Source: Azolla caroliniana (Eukaryota; Plantae; Polypodiophyta). Taken from it: a stretch of DNA of 64,000 nucleotides. The position numbers and the translations under genes were made by a program. A model generated the notes under the pieces. It was not told the DNA's origin and made no database searches. It saw only the letters and a program-made list of their open reading frames with translations. This document shows positions 61,440 to 64,000 of this stretch, piece after piece. Within the stretch, counting starts at the first letter, position 1. Every line of letters starts with the position of its first letter. The DNA is taken from contig JBHGNT010000011.1 in the NCBI GenBank assembly GCA_043228905.1, forward strand, positions 21,824,001 to 21,888,000, read 5' to 3'.

Positions 61440-64000
61440 TGTTTGACGGATCAGCTATTGAGAGATGACGTTCAGCAAACAGGACTGTAGTAGAGATGAG
61501 AGTAGAGACACGCAGATCTTTGGTGTACCCAACCGCCTTGATTGGTACACAAGAAAAAAAAAGGTTATTACATTAGTTAACCTTACAAAGAAAGTGGTGT
61601 GTTCACATTATAAAAGGAGGTGTCCTGTCCAGGTGAACAATGTGTTCATATATACGAATAATTACCTAATTTGTGAACTACGGGCCTTTACACCTAACAA
61701 CCTCCCACTTAAAGGTCCGATGTGAACATTCAAGTAACTCCCACTAACTGTATGCAATGCTCATGTTGAGCTTTGCCAAGACTTTTAGTGAGAATATCTG
61801 CAGGATTATCCTGTGTTTTGATCTTGGTCAATGTGACTAGACCATCCTCCAAAACTTGACTGATAAAGTGATGTCGCACATAAATGTGTTTGGTGCGCGA
61901 ATGAAACATGGCATTCTTAGCCAGATACACAGCACTCTGGCTATCACATCCTAACACAGGAGTATTAACAGACATGCCAAGATCTTCACCAAGTTTGCTG
62001 AGCCATATAGCTTCCTTTGAAGCTTCTGTAGCTGAAATATATTCAGCTTCAGTAGTACTCAGTGCTACAATCTTTTGCAATTTGGAGCACCAAGACATTG
62101 CTCCACCAGCAATTGTAAATATATACCCGCTAGTAGACTTACGTGTATCCAAGTCACCTGCCATGTCTGCATCACAATATCCCTGCAAATTTAATGCACC
62201 CTTCCCATAGCATAAACATTTTCTCTGTGTACCTTTAAGATACCTGAAAACACACTTGACAGCCTCCCAATGTGCTTTCCTGGGATTAGACATATAGCGA
62301 CTAACAACTCCCACTGCATAAGCAATATCTGGACGAGTAGCTACCATAGCATATATTAGAGAACCACATGCTGATGCATAAGGAATTCCCTTCATAGCAT
62401 TGATTTTCATCTCATCCTTTGGACAATCAGCCTTGCTGAGTTTAAGATATGACGGCAAAGGAACTCCAAGGGACTTTGCTTCTGCCATATTAAATCTGTT
62501 AAGCACTTTTTCAATGTACTTTTCTTGTGACAAAAACAACAATTTGTCTTTTCTGTTTCTATTGATTCTCATGCCCAAAATATGCTCTGCATTTCCCAAA
62601 TCTTTCATAGAGAAGACCAATTTCAGTTGATCTTTTAGAGCATCAAGACTAGTCTTTCTTTTCCCAGCTAGCAACATATCATCCACATATAGAACAAGTA
62701 TGATAGGACTGTCATCGATATCCTTTTTCGTGTATAAACAATGATCTGCATAGCTACGATCAAAGCCTTGAGAAAGCATAAAAGTATCAAACTTCTTATA
62801 CCACTGTCGTGGTGCTTGTTTTAGGGCATACAAGCTACGTTTTAGTTTGCATACCAAATGCTCCTTGTTAGAGACTACAAAATCCTCAGGTTGTTTCATG
62901 TAGATCTCTTCATCAATATCACCATGCAAAAAAGCGGTCTTTACATCCATTTGGTACAACTCCAAATTAAGCATTGCAGTGAGAGCAAATAGCACACGAA
63001 GTGTGGTCATCTTCACAACAGGAGAGAAGACCTCTTGGAAGTCAATACCTTCCTTCTGTGCATAACCCTTGGCAACTAATCTTGCCTTGTATTTTGGTTT
63101 CCCTTCAATTTCCTTTACCTTATAAACCCACTTATTTGGAAGAGCTTTCCTTCCTTGAGGTAAGGACACAAGATCCCATGTATCATTTGCATATAAAGAT
63201 TTTATTTCTTCTTGCATTGCAAGCTCCCACTTACTGCTAAGTTCACATGACATTGCCTCCTTATAAGTAAGAGGTTCACCCTCATCTGACAGCATGACAT
63301 AATGCAAAGAGGGGTCATATCTATATACCTGCCTCCTTGAACGATTAGACCTACGTACCCAATGATCAGTATTTTCTGGGATTGGTTCTAAATCTGGAGG
63401 AATATCATTTTCAGCACTTTCTGGCTGTTGCGAACCATGTCCAGCATGTCGTTCGACATCTATATTTTGTTCTTCAGTACCTTCATCTCGTTGACCAATA
63501 CTTTCATGAGCATCTCTGTGCTGTCCAACTTCTTCTGGCTCAAAGATAACCGGTTGACCATCATATTCAACCTTTGGTATAGCATCATGAGGTTTATTTT
63601 CAGATTTTGTGAATGGCTGTAATTGCTGAAATGTAACGCTCTTAGAGTTCCCAACAGAGGAACAAGCATTTTTCAGCAATTTTTCTTCATTAAAAACATC
63701 CCGGCTGCGTACAATTTTTCTGGACTGAGGTAACCAAATCCTATAGCCCATTTCACCTTCATCACCATAGCCCATAAAAATGCCCATGGTGGACTTAGCA
63801 TCGAGCTTATTTCTCAGCTCACTTCTAATGTGTACAAACGCATCACAACCGAAAATTCGTAAATGGTCATATGAGGCTGGTTTGCCAGACCAAACCTCCT
63901 CAGGGATTCCATTTTTTAAGGACTTGTTGGGAGAACGATTACATATATGAACCGCGGTTTTTAATGCTTCTCCCCAAAATTCATGAGGGAGATTAGCTGT
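61440..64000 (-). mobile_element. Ty1/copia LTR retrotransposon, 3' part (integrase-RT-RNaseH, PPT, 3' LTR ~61440-61699)
   Basis: KARLVAKG, QMDVKTAFLHG, YVDD, YCDAD and ADILTK motifs; PPT AAGTGGGAGG at ~61701-61710. The distal LTR boundary is tentative. Confidence 0.95.
61730..64000 (-). CDS. Copia pol; frame open from the window edge to the stop at 61730
   Basis: No stop found upstream of the ORF-track start. A few consensus substitutions (YALKQ, NPRK, KHIYV) suggest some decay. Confidence 0.85.
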   Translation of the reverse strand, partial: TANLPHEFWGEALKTAVHICNRSPNKSLKNGIPEEVWSGKPASYDHLRIFGCDAFVHIRSELRNKLDAKSTMGIFMGYGDEGEMGYRIWLPQSRKIVRSRDVFNEEKLLKNACSSVGNSKSVTFQQLQPFTKSENKPHDAIPKVEYDGQPVIFEPEEVGQHRDAHESIGQRDEGTEEQNIDVERHAGHGSQQPESAENDIPPDLEPIPENTDHWVRRSNRSRRQVYRYDPSLHYVMLSDEGEPLTYKEAMSCELSSKWELAMQEEIKSLYANDTWDLVSLPQGRKALPNKWVYKVKEIEGKPKYKARLVAKGYAQKEGIDFQEVFSPVVKMTTLRVLFALTAMLNLELYQMDVKTAFLHGDIDEEIYMKQPEDFVVSNKEHLVCKLKRSLYALKQAPRQWYKKFDTFMLSQGFDRSYADHCLYTKKDIDDSPIILVLYVDDMLLAGKRKTSLDALKDQLKLVFSMKDLGNAEHILGMRINRNRKDKLLFLSQEKYIEKVLNRFNMAEAKSLGVPLPSYLKLSKADCPKDEMKINAMKGIPYASACGSLIYAMVATRPDIAYAVGVVSRYMSNPRKAHWEAVKCVFRYLKGTQRKCLCYGKGALNLQGYCDADMAGDLDTRKSTSGYIFTIAGGAMSWCSKLQKIVALSTTEAEYISATEASKEAIWLSKLGEDLGMSVNTPVLGCDSQSAVYLAKNAMFHSRTKHIYVRHHFISQVLEDGLVTLTKIKTQDNPADILTKSLGKAQHEHCIQLVGVT

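Overview
Eukaryotic land-plant nuclear DNA, probably a fern or other non-seed plant (inferred from the PLS-type PPR style and a tRNA-Trp-primed non-chromovirus gypsy element). Genes: first coding exon of MUS81 (absent from the ORF track), an ATL RING-H2 ligase, a PLS-class PPR, a 13-exon B1-type cyclin with an MSA-like promoter cluster, a group IIb WRKY, RBL/RBBP5, Bax inhibitor-1 and an F-box/kelch protein. Mobile and dead DNA: a full-length 7.06-kb gypsy LTR element nested in a LINE, several 5'-truncated L1-like LINEs, a hAT-type MITE, the 3' part of a copia element, two PPR pseudogenes and a UBP1/2-like pseudogene. The four most notable observations are: (i) a TSD-flanked, poly(A)-tailed PPR retro-fragment ending in the same 3' tail motif as the local LINEs; (ii) a 55-bp perfectly paired hairpin in a probable intron, a candidate young MIRNA or hairpin RNA; (iii) a complete -1 ribosomal frameshift signal after gag-protease in the gypsy element; (iv) degenerate ~60-80-bp arrays carrying telo-box-like motifs in the 5' leader or first introns of three transcription units. 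All calls were read by eye and family assignments come from recalled motifs; no database searches were run.
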